Position numbers and translations under genes: made by a program. A model generated the notes under the pieces. The model was not told the origin of the DNA and did no database searches. It worked only from the letters and a program-made list of their open reading frames with translations. A stretch of DNA of 64,000 nt from the human T2T-CHM13v2.0 reference genome, Homo sapiens. Below are positions 13,401 through 28,400 of this stretch, one piece after another; position 1 is the stretch's first letter, and every line of letters starts with the position of its first letter. The DNA lies in assembly GCF_009914755.1 (NCBI RefSeq), contig NC_060944.1, one strand, 5' to 3'.

Positions 13401-16400
13401 GGAATGTCTTCAGATAAACTCTAGACAGAAGCATTCTCAGAAACTTCTTTGGGATGTTTGAATTGAAGTCACAGTGTTGAACATTCCCTTTCACAGAGCA
13501 GGTTTGAAACACTCTTTTTGTAGTGTCTATAAGTGAACATTTGGCGTGCTTTCAGGCCTAACGTGAAAAAGGAAATATCTTCCCATAAAAACTAGACAGA
13601 AGCATTCTCAGAAACTTGTTTGGGATGTGTGCCCTCTACTGACAGAGTTGAACCTTTCCTTGCAAAGAGCAGCTTTGAAACACTCTTTTTGTAGAATCTG
13701 CAAGAGGCTATTTGGATAGCTTTGAGGATTTCGTTGGAAACTGGTATGTCTTCAGATAAACTCTAGACAGAAGCATTCTCAGAAACTTCTTTGGGATGTT
13801 GCATTCAAGTCACAGAGTAGAACATTCCCATTCATAGTGCAGATTTGAAACACTCTTTTTGTAGTATCTGGAAGTGGACATTTGGAGCGCTTTCAGGCCT
13901 ATGTTGAAAAAGGAAATATCTTCCCATAAAAACTAGACGGAAGCATTCTCAGAAACTTACTTGTGATGTGTTTGCTCAACTAACAGAATTGAACCATCGT
14001 TTTGAAGGAGCAGTTTTGAAACACTGTTTTCGTGGAATCTGCAAGTGGATATTTGGCTAGCTTTGAGGATGTCGTTGGAAACGGGATTACATATAAAAAG
14101 GAGACAGCAGCATTCTCAGAAACTTCTTTGTGATGTCTGCATTCAAGTCACAGAGTTGAGCATTCCCTTTCATAGAGCAGGTTTGAAACACTCTTTTTGT
14201 AGTATCTGGATGAGGACATTTGGAGCGCTTTCAGGCGTATGGTGAAAAAGGAAATATCTTCCCGTAAAAACTAGACAGAAGCATTCTCAGAAATTTATTT
14301 GTGATGTGTGCCCTCAACTAACAGAGTTGAACCTTTCTTTTGATAGAGCAGTTTTGAAACACTCTTTTTATAAAATCTGCAAGAGGATATTTGGATGGCT
14401 TTGAGGATTTCGTTGCAAACGGGAATGGCTTCATATAAACTCTAGACAGAAGCATTCTCAGAAACTTCGTTGGGATGTTTCGATTGAAGTCCCAGTGTTG
14501 AACATTCCCTTTTATAGCGCACGTTGGAAACACTCTTTTTGCATTCCCTGGAAGTGGACATTTGGAGCGCTTTCAGGACGACGGTGAAAATGGAAATATC
14601 TTCCAATAAAATCTAGATAGAAGCAATGTCAGAAACTTTTATGTGATGGATCTACTCAGCTAACAGAGTTGAACCTTTCTTTTGAGAGAGCAGTTTTGCA
14701 ACACTCTTTTTGTGGAATATGCAAGTGGATATTAGGGCAGCTTTGAGGATTTCGTTAGAAACGGGAATACATGTAAAAAGCAGACAGCAGCATTCTCAGA
14801 GACTTCTTTGTGATGTTTGCATTGAAGTCACAGAGTTGAACATTCCCTTTGAGAGAGCAGGTTTGAAACACGCCTTTTCTCATATCTGGAAGTGTCCATT
14901 CGGAGCGCATTCAGGCTTGTGTTGAAAAAGGAAATATCCTCCCATGAAAACTAGACAGAAGCATTCTCAGAAACTTATTTGTGATGTATGTACTCAACTA
15001 ACAGAACTAAACCATCGTTTTGAAGGAGCAGTTTTGAAACACCCTTTTTGCGGAATCTGCAACTGGATATTTGGCTAGCTTGGAGGATTTCGTTGGAAAC
15101 GGGATTACATACAAAAAGCAGACAGCAGCATTCTCAGAAACTTCTTTGTGATGTTTGCATTCAAGTCGCAGAGTTGAACATTCCCTTTCATAGAGCAGGT
15201 TTGAAACACTCTTTTTGTAGTATCTGGATGTGGACATTTGGATCGCTTTCAGGCCTATGGTGAAAAAGGAAGTATCTTCCCATGAAAACTAGACAGAAGC
15301 ATTCTCAGAAACTTATTTGTGATGTGTGCCCTCAACTGACAGTGTTGAACCTTTGTTTTGATAGAGCAGTTCTGAAACACACTTTTTGTAAAATCTGCAA
15401 GAGGATATTTGGATAGCTTTGAGGATTTCGTTGGAAACGGGAATGTCTTCATGTAAACTCTAGACAGAAGCATTCTCAGAAACTGCTTTGGGATGTTTCA
15501 ATTGAAGTCCCAGTGTTGAACATTCCGTTTCATAGAGCAGGTTTGAAACACTCTTTTTGTAGTATGTGGAAGTGGACATTTGGAGCGCTTTCAGGTCTAC
15601 GGTGAAAAAGGAGATATCTTCCAATAAAAACTAGATAGAAGCAATATCAGAACTTTTTTCATGATGTATCTACTCAGCAAACAGAGTTGAAGCTTTGTTT
15701 TGAGAGAGCAGTTTTGAAACACTCTTTTTGTGGAATATGCAAGTGGGTATTAGGCCAGCTTGGAGGATTTCGTTGGAAACGGGAATACGCATAAAAAGCA
15801 GAGAGCAGCATTGTCAGAAACTACTTTGTGATGTTTGCATTCAAGTCACAGAATTGAACACTCCCTTTCACAGAGCAGGTTTGAAACACTCTTTTTGTAG
15901 TGTCTGTAAGTGAACATTTGGATTGCTTTCAGGCCTAAGGTGAAAAAGGAAATATCTTCCCATAAAAACTAGACAGAAGCATTCTCAGAAACTTGTTTGT
16001 GATGTGTGCCCTCTACTGACAGAGTTGAACCTTTCTTTGCAAAGAGCAGTTTTGAAACACTCTTTTTGTAGAATCTGCAAGAGGATATTTGGATAGCTTT
16101 GAGGATTTCTTGGGAAACGGGAATGTCTTCAGATAAACTCTAGACAGAAGCATTCTCAGAAACTTCTTTGAGATGTTTCAATTGAAGTCACAGTGTTGAA
16201 CATTCCCTTTCACAGAGCAGGTTTGAAACACTCTTTTTGTAGTGTCTATAAGTGAACATTTGGCGTGCTTTCAGGCCTAACGTGAAAAAGGAAATATCTT
16301 CCCATAAAAACTAGACAGAAGCATTCTCAGAAACTTGTTTGGGATGTGTGCCCTCTACTGACAGAGTTGAACCTTTCCTTGCAAAGAGCAGCTTTGACAC

Positions 16401-19400
16401 ACTCTTTTTGTAGAATCTGCAAGAGGCTATTTGGATAGCTTTGAGGATTTCGTTGGAAACGGGTATGTCTTCAGATAAACTCTAGACAGAAGCATTCTCA
16501 GAAACTTCTTTGGGATGTTGCATTCAAGTCACAGAGTAGAACATTCCCATTCATAGAGCAGATTTGAAACACTCTTTTTGTAGTATCTGGAAGTGGACAT
16601 TTGGAGCGCTTTCAGGCCTATGTTGAAAAAGGAAATATCTTCCCATAAAAACTAGACGGAAGCATTCTCAGAAACTTACTTGTGATGTGTTTGCTCAACT
16701 AACAGAATTGAACCATCGTTTTGAAGGAGCAGTTTTGAAACACTGTTTTCGTGGAATCTGCAAGTGGATATTTGGCTAGCTTTGAGGATGTCGTTGGAAA
16801 CGGGATTACATATAAAAAGGAGACAGCAGCATTCTCAGAAACTTCTTTGTGATGTCTGCATTCAAGTCACAGAGTTGAGCATTCCCTTTCATGGAGCAGG
16901 TTTGAAACACTCTTTTTGTAGTATCTGGATGAGGACATTTGGAGCGCTTTCAGGCGTATGGTGAAAAAGGAAATATCTTCCCGTAAAAACTAGACAGAAG
17001 CATTCTCAGAAATTTATTTGTGATGTGTGCCCTCAACTAACAGAGTTGAACCTTTCTTTTGATAGAGCAGTTTTGAAACACTCTTTTTGTAAAATCTGCA
17101 AGAGGATATTTGGATGGCTTTGAGGATTTCGTTGCAAACGGGAATGGCTTCATATAAACTCTAGACAGAAGCATTCTCAGAAACTTCGTTGGGATGTTTC
17201 GATTGAAGTCCCAGTGTTGAACATTCCCTTTTACAGAGCAGGTTGGAAACACTCTTTTTGCATTCCCTGGAAGTGGACATTTGGAGCGCTTTCAGGACGA
17301 TGGTGAAAATGGAAATATCTTCCAATAAAATCTAGATAGAAGCAATGTGACAAACTTTTATGTGATGGATCTACTCAGCTAACAGGGTTGAACCTTTCTT
17401 TTGAGAGAGCAGTTTTGCAACACTCTTTTTGTGGAATATGCAAGTGGATATTAGGGCAGCTTTGAGGATTTCGTTGGAAACGGGAATACATGTAAAAAGC
17501 AGACAGCAGCATTCTCAGAGACTTCTTTGTGATGTTTGTATTGAAGTCACAGAGTTGAACATTCCCTTTGAGAGAGCAGGTTTGAAACACGCCTTTTGTC
17601 ATATCTGGAAGTGTCCATTCGGAGCGCATTCAGGCTTGTGTTGAAAAGGGAAATATCCTCTCATAAAAAATAGACAGAAGCATTCTCAGAAACTTATTTG
17701 TGATGTATGTACTCAAGTAACAGAACTAAACCATCGTTTTGAAGGAGCAGTTTTGAAACACCCTTTTTGCGGAATCTGCAACAGGATATTTGGCTAGCTT
17801 GGAGGATTTCGTTGGAAACGGGATTACATACAAAAAGCAGACAGCAGCATTCTCAGAAACTTCTGTGTGATGTTTGCATTCAAGTCGCAGAGTTGAACAT
17901 TCCCTTTCATAGAGCAGGTTTGAAACACTCTTTTTGTAGTATCTGGATGTGGACATTTGGATCGCTGCAGGCCTATAGTGAAAAAGGAAATATCTTCCCA
18001 TGAAAACTAGACAGAAGCATTCTCAGAAACTTATTTGTGATGTGTACCCTCAACTGACAGTGTTGAACCTTTGTTTTGATAGAGCAGTTCTGAAACACAC
18101 TTTTTGTAAAATCTGCAAGAGGATATTTGGATAGCTTTGAGGATTTCGTTGGAAACGGGAATGTCTTCATGTAAACTCTAGACAGAAGCATTCTCAGAAA
18201 ATGCTTTGGGATGTTTCAATTGAAATCCCAGTGTTGAACATTCCCTTTCATAGAGCAGGTTTGAAACACTCTTTTTGTAGTATCTGGAAGTGGACATTTG
18301 GAGCGCTTTCAGGTCTACGGTGAAAAAGGAGATATCTTCCAATAAAAACTAGATAGAAGCAATGTCAGAACTTTTTTCATGATGTATCTACTCAGCAAAC
18401 ATAGTTGAACCTTTCTTTTGAGAGAGCAGTTTTGAAACACTCTTTTTGTGGAATATGCAAGTGGGTATTAGGCCAGCTTGGAGGATTTCGTTGGAAAGGG
18501 GAATACGCATAAAAAGCAGACAGCAGCATTGTCAAAAACTACTTTGTGATGTTTGCATTCAAGTCACAGAATTGAACACTCCCTTTCACAGAGCAGGTTT
18601 GAAACACTCTTTTTGTAGTGTCTGTAAGTGAACATTTGGATTGCTTTCAGGCCTAAGGTGAAAAAGGAAATATCTTCCCATAAAAACTAGACAGAAGCAT
18701 TCTCAGAAACTTGTTTGTGATGTGTGCCCTCTACTGACAGAGTTGAACCTTTCTTTGCAAAGAGCAGTTTTGAAACACTCTTTTTGTAGAATCTGCAAGA
18801 GGATATTTGGATAGCTTTGAGGATTTCTTGGGAAACGGGAATGTCTTCAGATAAACTCTAGACAGAAGCATTCTCAGAAACTTCTTTGAGATGTTTCAAT
18901 TGAAGTCACAGTGTTGAACATTCCCTTTCACAGAGCAGGTTTGAAACACTCTTTTTGTAGTGTCTATAAGTGAACATTTGGCGTGCTTTCAGGCCTAACG
19001 TGAAAAAGGAAATATCTTCCCATAAAAACTAGACAGAAGCATTCTCAGAAACTTGTTTGGGATGTGTGCCCTCTACTGACAGAGTTGAACCTTTCCTTGC
19101 AAAGAGCAGCTTTGACACACTCTATTTGTAGAATCTGCAAGAGGCTATTTGGATAGCTTTGAGGATTTCGTTGGAAACGGGTATGTCTTCAGATAAACTC
19201 TAGACAGAAGCATTCTCAGAAACTTCTTTGGGATGTTGCATTCAAGTCACAGAGTAGAACATTCCCATTCATAGAGCAGATTTGAAACACTCTTTTTGTA
19301 GTATCTGGAAGTGGACATTTGGAGCGCTTTCAGGCCTATGTTGAAAAAGGAAATATCTTCCCATAAAAACTAGACGGAAGCATTCTCAGAAACTTACTTG

Positions 19401-22400
19401 TGATGTGTTTGCTCAACTAACAGAATTGAACCATCGTTTTGAAGGAGCAGTTTTGAAACACTGTTTTCGTGGAATCTGCAAGTGGATATTTGGCTAGCTT
19501 TGAGGATGTCGTTGGAAACGGGATTACATATAAAAAGGAGACAGCAGCATTCTCAGAAACTTCTTTGTGATGTCTGCATTCAAGTCACAGAGTTGAGCAT
19601 TCCCTTTCATGGAGCAGGTTTGAAACACTCTTTTTGTAGTATCTGGATGAGGACATTTGGAGCGCTTTCAGGCGTATGGTGAAAAAGGAAATATCTTCCC
19701 GTAAAAACTAGACAGAAGCATTCTCAGAAATTTATTTGTGATGTGTGCCCTCAACTAACAGAGTTGAACCTTTCTTTTGATAGAGCAGTTTTGAAACACT
19801 CTTTTTGTAAAATCTGCAAGAGGATATTTGGATGGCTTTGAGGATTTCGTTGCAAACGGGAATGGCTTCATATAAACTCTAGACAGAAGCATTCTCAGAA
19901 ACTTCGTTGGGATGTTTCGATTGAAGTCCCAGTGTTGAACATTCCCTTTTACAGAGCAGGTTGGAAACACTCTTTTTGCATTCCCTGGAAGTGGACATTT
20001 GGAGCGCTTTCAGGACGATGGTGAAAATGGAAATATCTTCCAATAAAATCTAGATAGAAGCAATGTGACAAACTTTTATGTGATGGATCTACTCAGCTAA
20101 CAGGGTTGAACCTTTCTTTTGAGAGAGCAGTTTTGCAACACTCTTTTTGTGGAATATGCAAGTGGATATTAGGGCAGCTTTGAGGATTTCGTTGGAAACG
20201 GGAATACATGTAAAAAGCAGACAGCAGCATTCTCAGAGACTTCTTTGTGATGTTTGTATTGAAGTCACAGAGTTGAACATTCCCTTTGAGAGAGCAGGTT
20301 TGAAACACGCCTTTTGTCATATCTGGAAGTGTCCATTCGGAGCGCATTCAGGCTTGTGTTGAAAAGGGAAATATCCTCTCATAAAAAATAGACAGAAGCA
20401 TTCTCAGAAACTTATTTGTGATGTATGTACTCAAGTAACAGAACTAAACCATCGTTTTGAAGGAGCAGTTTTGAAACACCCTTTTTGCGGAATCTGCAAC
20501 AGGATATTTGGCTAGCTTGGAGGATTTCGTTGGAAACGGGATTACATACAAAAAGCAGACAGCAGCATTCTCAGAAACTTCTGTGTGATGTTTGCATTCA
20601 AGTCGCAGAGTTGAACATTCCCTTTCATAGAGCAGGTTTGAAACACTCTTTTTGTAGTATCTGGATGTGGACATTTGGATCGCTGCAGGCCTATAGTGAA
20701 AAAGGAAATATCTTCCCATGAAAACTAGACAGAAGCATTCTCAGAAACTTATTTGTGATGTGTACCCTCAACTGACAGTGTTGAACCTTTGTTTTGATAG
20801 AGCAGTTCTGAAACACACTTTTTGTAAAATCTGCAAGAGGATATTTGGATAGCTTTGAGGATTTCGTTGGAAACGGGAATGTCTTCATGTAAACTCTAGA
20901 CAGAAGCATTCTCAGAAAATGCTTTGGGATGTTTCAATTGAAATCCCAGTGTTGAACATTCCCTTTCATAGAGCAGGTTTGAAACACTCTTTTTGTAGTA
21001 TCTGGAAGTGGACATTTGGAGCGCTTTCAGGTCTACGGTGAAAAAGGAGATATCTTCCAATAAAAACTAGATAGAAGCAATGTCAGAACTTTTTTCATGA
21101 TGTATCTACTCAGCAAACATAGTTGAACCTTTCTTTTGAGAGAGCAGTTTTGAAACACTCTTTTTGTGGAATATGCAAGTGGGTATTAGGCCAGCTTGGA
21201 GGATTTCGTTGGAAAGGGGAATACGCATAAAAAGCAGACAGCAGCATTGTCAGAAACTACTTTGTGATGTTTGCATTCAAGTCACAGAATTGAACACTCC
21301 CTTTCACAGAGCAGGTTTGAAACACTCTTTTTGTAGTGTCTGTAAGTGAACATTTGGATTGCTTTCAGGCCTAAGGTGAAAAAGGAAATATCTTCCCATA
21401 AAAACTAGACAGAAGCATTCTCAGAAACTTGTTTGTGATGTGTGCCCTCTACTGACAGAGTTGAACCTTTCTTTGCAAAGAGCAGTTTTGAAACACTCTT
21501 TTTGTAGAATCTGCAAGAGGATATTTGGATAGCTTTGAGGATTTCTTGGGAAACGGGAATGTCTTCAGATAAACTCTAGACAGAAGCATTCTCAGAAACT
21601 TCTTTGAGATGTTTCAATTGAAGTCACAGTGTTGAACATTCCCTTTCACAGAGCAGGTTTGAAACACTCTTTTTGTAGTGTCTATAAGTGAACATTTGGC
21701 GTGCTTTCAGGCCTAACGTGAAAAAGGAAATATCTTCCCATAAAAACTAGACAGAAGCATTCTCAGAAACTTGTTTGGGATGTGTGCCCTCTACTGACAG
21801 AGTTGAACCTTTCCTTGCAAAGAGCAGCTTTGACACACTCTATTTGTAGAATCTGCAAGAGGCTATTTGGATAGCTTTGAGGATTTCGTTGGAAACGGGT
21901 ATGTCTTCAGATAAACTCTAGACAGAAGCATTCTCAGAAACTTCTTTGGGATGTTGCATTCAAGTCACAGAGTAGAACATTCCCATTCATAGAGCAGATT
22001 TGAAACACTCTTTTTGTAGTATCTGGAAGTGGACATTTGGAGCGCTTTCAGGCCTATGTTGAAAAAGGAAATATCTTCCCATAAAAACTAGACGGAAGCA
22101 TTCTCAGAAACTTACTTGTGATGTGTTTGCTCAACTAACAGAATTGAACCATCGTTTTGAAGGAGCAGTTTTGAAACACTGTTTTCGTGGAATCTGCAAG
22201 TGGATATTTGGCTAGCTTTGAGGATGTCGTTGGAAACGGGATTACATATAAAAAGGAGACAGCAGCATTCTCAGAAACTTCTTTGTGATGTCTGCATTCA
22301 AGTCACAGAGTTGAGCATTCCCTTTCATGGAGCAGGTTTGAAACACTCTTTTTGTAGTATCTGGATGAGGACATTTGGAGCGCTTTCAGGCGTATGGTGA

Positions 22401-25400
22401 AAAAGGAAATATCTTCCCGTAAAAACTAGACAGAAGCATTCTCAGAAATTTATTTGTGATGTGTGCCCTCAACTAACAGAGTTGAACCTTTCTTTTGATA
22501 GAGCAGTTTTGAAACACTCTTTTTGTAAAATCTGCAAGAGGATATTTCGATGGCTTTGAGGATTTCGTTGCAAACGGGAATGGCTTCATATAAACTCTAG
22601 ACAGAAGCATTCTCAGAAACTTCGTTGGGATGTTTCGATTGAAGTCCCAGTGTTGAACATTCCCTTTTACAGAGCAGGTTGGAAACACTCTTTTTGCATT
22701 CCCTGGAAGTGGACATTTGGAGCGCTTTCAGGACGATGGTGAAAATGGAAATATCTTCCAATAAAATCTAGATAGAAGCAATGTGACAAACTTTTATGTG
22801 ATGGATCTACTCAGCTAACAGGGTTGAACCTTTCTTTTGAGAGAGCAGTTTTGCAACACTCTTTTTGTGGAATATGCAAGTGGATATTAGGGCAGCTTTG
22901 AGGATTTCGTTGGAAACGGGAATACATGTAAAAAGCAGACAGCAGCATTCTCAGAGACTTCTTTGTGATGTTTGTATTGAAGTCACAGAGTTGAACATTC
23001 CCTTTGAGAGAGCAGGTTTGAAACACGCCTTTTGTCATATCTGGAAGTGTCCATTCGGAGCGCATTCAGGCTTGTGTTGAAAAGGGAAATATCCTCTCAT
23101 AAAAAATAGACAGAAGCATTCTCAGAAACTTATTTGTGATGTATGTACTCAAGTAACAGAACTAAACCATCGTTTTGAAGGAGCAGTTTTGAAACACCCT
23201 TTTTGCGGAATCTGCAACAGGATATTTGGCTAGCTTGGAGGATTTCGTTGGAAACGGGATTACATACAAAAAGCAGACAGCAGCATTCTCAGAAACTTCT
23301 GTGTGATGTTTGCATTCAAGTCGCAGAGTTGAACATTCCCTTTCATAGAGCAGGTTTGAAACACTCTTTTTGTAGTATCTGGATGTGGACATTTGGATCG
23401 CTGCAGGCCTATAGTGAAAAAGGAAATATCTTCCCATGAAAACTAGACAGAAGCATTCTCAGAAACTTATTTGTGATGTGTACCCTCAACTGACAGTGTT
23501 GAACCTTTGTTTTGATAGAGCAGTTCTGAAACACACTTTTTGTAAAATCTGCAAGAGGATATTTGGATAGCTTTGAGGATTTCGTTGGAAACGGGAATGT
23601 CTTCATGTAAACTCTAGACAGAAGCATTCTCAGAAAATGCTTTGGGATGTTTCAATTGAAATCCCAGTGTTGAACATTCCCTTTCATAGAGCAGGTTTGA
23701 AACACTCTTTTTGTAGTATCTGGAAGTGGACATTTGGAGCGCTTTCAGGTCTACGGTGAAAAAGGAGATATCTTCCAATAAAAACTAGATAGAAGCAATG
23801 TCAGAACTTTTTTCATGATGTATCTACTCAGCAAACATAGTTGAACCTTTCTTTTGAGAGAGCAGTTTTGAAACACTCTTTTTGTGGAATATGCAAGTGG
23901 GTATTAGGCCAGCTTGGAGGATTTCGTTGGAAACGGGAATACGCATAAAAAGCAGACAGCAGCATTGTCAGAAACTACTTTGTGATGTTTGCATTCAAGT
24001 CACAGAATTGAACACTCCCTTTCACAGAGCAGGTTTGAAACACTCTTTTTGTAGTGTCTGTAAGTGAACATTTGGATTGCTTTCAGGCCTAAGGTGAAAA
24101 AGGAAATATCTTCCCATAAAAACTAGACAGAAGCATTCTCAGAAACTTGTTTGTGATGTGTGCCCTCTACTGACAGAGTTGAACCTTTCTTTGCAAAGAG
24201 CAGTTTTGAAACACTCTTTTTGTAGAATCTGCAAGAGGATATTTGGATAGCTTTGAGGATTTCTTGGGAAACGGGAATGTCTTCAGATAAACTCTAGACA
24301 GAAGCATTCTCAGAAACTTCTTTGAGATGTTTCAATTGAAGTCACAGTGTTGAACATTCCCTTTCACAGAGCAGGTTTGAAACACTCTTTTTGTAGTGTC
24401 TATAAGTGAACATTTGGCGTGCTTTCAGGCCTAACGTGAAAAAGGAAATATCTTCCCATAAAAACTAGACAGAAGCATTCTCAGAAACTTGTTTGGGATG
24501 TGTGCCCTCTACTGACAGAGTTGAACCTTTCCTTGCAAAGAGCAGCTTTGACACACTCTATTTGTAGAATCTGCAAGAGGCTATTTGGATAGCTTTGAGG
24601 ATTTCGTTGGAAACGGGTATGTCTTCAGATAAACTCTAGACAGAAGCATTCTCAGAAACTTCTTTGGGATGTTGCATTCAAGTCACAGAGTAGAACATTC
24701 CCATTCATAGAGCAGATTTGAAACACTCTTTTTGTAGTATCTGGAAGTGGACATTTGGAGCGCTTTCAGGCCTATGTTGAAAAAGGAAATATCTTCCCAT
24801 AAAAACTAGACGGAAGCATTCTCAGAAACTTACTTGTGATGTGTTTGCTCAACTAACAGAATTGAACCATCGTTTTGAAGGAGCAGTTTTGAAACACTGT
24901 TTTCGTGGAATCTGCAAGTGGATATTTGGCTAGCTTTGAGGATGTCGTTGGAAACGGGATTACATATAAAAAGGAGACAGCAGCATTCTCAGAAACTTCT
25001 TTGTGATGTCTGCATTCAAGTCACAGAGTTGAGCATTCCCTTTCATGGAGCAGGTTTGAAACACTCTTTTTGTAGTATCTGGATGAGGACATTTGGAGCG
25101 CTTTCAGGCGTATGGTGAAAAAGGAAATATCTTCCCGTAAAAACTAGACAGAAGCATTCTCAGAAATTTATTTGTGATGTGTGCCCTCAACTAACAGAGT
25201 TGAACCTTTCTTTTGATAGAGCAGTTTTGAAACACTCTTTTTGTAAAATCTGCAAGAGGATATTTCGATGGCTTTGAGGATTTCGTTGCAAACGGGAATG
25301 GCTTCATATAAACTCTAGACAGAAGCATTCTCAGAAACTTCGTTGGGATGTTTCGATTGAAGTCCCAGTGTTGAACATTCCCTTTTACAGAGCAGGTTGG

Positions 25401-28400
25401 AAACACTCTTTTTGCATTCCCTGGAAGTGGACATTTGGAGCGCTTTCAGGACGATGGTGAAAATGGAAATATCTTCCAATAAAATCTAGATAGAAGCAAT
25501 GTGACAAACTTTTATGTGATGGATCTACTCAGCTAACAGGGTTGAACCTTTCTTTTGAGAGAGCAGTTTTGCAACACTCTTTTTGTGGAATATGCAAGTG
25601 GATATTAGGGCAGCTTTGAGGATTTCGTTGGAAACGGGAATACATGTAAAAAGCAGACAGCAGCATTCTCAGAGACTTCTTTGTGATGTTTGTATTGAAG
25701 TCACAGAGTTGAACATTCCCTTTGAGAGAGCAGGTTTGAAACACGCCTTTTGTCATATCTGGAAGTGTCCATTCGGAGCGCATTCAGGCTTGTGTTGAAA
25801 AGGGAAATATCCTCTCATAAAAAATAGACAGAAGCATTCTCAGAAACTTATTTGTGATGTATGTACTCAAGTAACAGTACTAAACCATCGTTTTGAAGGA
25901 GCAGTTTTGAAACACCCTTTTTGCGGAATCTGCAAAAGGATATTTGGCTAGCTTGGAGGATTTCGTTGGAAACGGGATTACATACAAAAAGCAGACAGCA
26001 GCATTCTCAGAAACTTCTGTGTGATGTTTGCATTCAAGTCGCAGAGTTGAACATTCCCTTTCATAGAGCAGGTTTGAAACACTCTTTTTGTAGTATCTGG
26101 ATGTGGACATTTGGATCGCTGCAGGCCTATAGTGAAAAAGGAAATATCTTCCCATGAAAACTAGACAGAAGCATTCTCAGAAACTTATTTGTGATGTGTA
26201 CCCTCAACTGACAGTGTTGAACCTTTGTTTTGATAGAGCAGTTCTGAAACACACTTTTTGTAAAATCTGCAAGAGGATATTTGGATAGCTTTGAGGATTT
26301 CGTTGGAAACGGGAATGTCTTCATGTAAACTCTAGACAGAAGCATTCTCAGAAAATGCTTTGGGATGTTTCAATTGAAGTCCCAGTGTTGAACATTCCCT
26401 TTCATAGAGCAGGTTTGAAACACTCTTTTTGTAGTATCTGGAAGTGGACATTTGGAGCGCTTTCAGGTCTACGGTGAAAAAGGAGATATCTTCCAATAAA
26501 AACTAGATAGAAGCAATGTCAGAACTTTTTTCATGATGTATCTACTCAGCAAACAGAGTTGAACCTTTCTTTTGAGAGAGCAGTTTTGAAACACTCTTTT
26601 TGTGGAATATGCAAGTGGGTATTAGGCCAGCTTGGAGGATTTCGTTGGAAACGGGAATACGTATAAAAAGCAGACAGCAGCATTGTCAGAAACTACTTTG
26701 TGATGTTTGCATTCAAGTCACAGAATTGAACACTCCCTTTCACAGAGCAGGTTTGAAACACTCTTTTTGTAGTGTCTGTAAGTGAACATTTGGATTGCTT
26801 TCAGGCCTAAGGTGAAAAAGGAAATATCTTCCCATAAAAACTAGACAGAAGCATTCTCAGAAACTTGTTTGTGATGTGTGCCCTCTACTGACAGAGTTGA
26901 ACCTTTCTTTGCAAAGAGCAGTTTTGAAACACTCTTTTTGTAGAATCTGCAAGAGGATATTTGGATAGCTTTGAGGATTTCTTGGGAAACGGGAATGTCT
27001 TCAGATAAACTCTAGACAGAAGCATTCTCAGAAACTTCTTTGGGATGTTTCAATTGAAGTCACAGTGTTGAACATTCCCTTTCACAGAGCAGGTTTGAAA
27101 CACTCTTTTTGTAGTGTCTATAAGTGAACATTTGGCGTGCTTTCAGGCCTAACGTGAAAAAGGAAATATCTTCCCATAAAAACTAGACAGAAGCATTCTC
27201 AGAAACTTGTTTGTGATGTGTGCCCTCTACTGACAGAGTTGAACCTTTCCTTGCAAAGAGCAGCTTTGAAACACTCTTTTTGTAGAATCTGCAAGAGGAT
27301 ATTTGGATAGCTTTGAGGATTTCGTTGGAAACGGGTATGTCTTCAGATAAACTCTAGACAGAAGCATTCTCAGAAACTTCTTTGGGATGTTGCATTCAAG
27401 TCACAGAGTAGAACATTCCCATTCATAGAGCAGATTTGAAACACTCTTTTTGAAGTATCTGGAAGTGGACATTTGGAGCGCTTTCAGGCCTATGTTGAAA
27501 AAGGAAATATCTTCCCATAAAAACTAGACGGAAGCATTCTCAGAAACTTACTTGTGATGTGTTTGCTCAACTAACAGAATTGAACCATCGTTTTGAAGGA
27601 GCAGTTTTGAAACACTGTTTTCGTGGAATCTGCAAGTGGATATTTGGCTAGCTTTGAGGATGTCGTTGGAAACGGGATTACATATAAAAAGGAGACAGCA
27701 GCATTCTCAGAAACTTCTTTGTGATGTCTGCATTCAAGTCACAGAGTTGAGCATTCCCTTTCATAGAGCAGGTTGGAAACACTCTTTTTGTAGTATCTGG
27801 ATGAGGACATTTGGAGCGCTTTCAGGCGTATGGTGAAAAAGGAAATATCTTCCCGTAAAAACTAGACAGAAGCATTCTCAGAAATTTATTTGTGATGTGT
27901 GCCCTCAACTAACAGAGTTGAACCTTTCTTTTGATAGAGCAGTTTTGAAACACTCTTTTTGTAAAATCTGCAAGAGGATATTTGGATAGCTTTGAGGATT
28001 TCGTTGCAAACGGGAATGGCTTCATATAAAGTCTAGACAGAAGCATTCTCAGAAACTTCGTTGGGATGTTTCGATTGAAGTCCCAGTGTTGAACATTCCC
28101 TTTTATAGCGCACGTTGGAAACACTCTTTTTGCATTCCCTGGAAGTGGACATTTGGAGCGCTTTCAGGACGACGGTGAAAATGGAAATATCTTCCAATAA
28201 AATCTAGATAGAAGCAATCTCAGAAACTTTTATGTGATGGATCTACTCAGCTAACAGAGTTCAACCTTTCTTTTGAGAGAGCAGTTTTGCAACACTCTTT
28301 TTGTGGAATATGCAAGTGGATATTAGGGCAGCTTTGAGGATTTCGTTGGAAACGGGAATACATGTAAAAAGCAGACAGCAGCATTCTCAGAAACTTCTTT

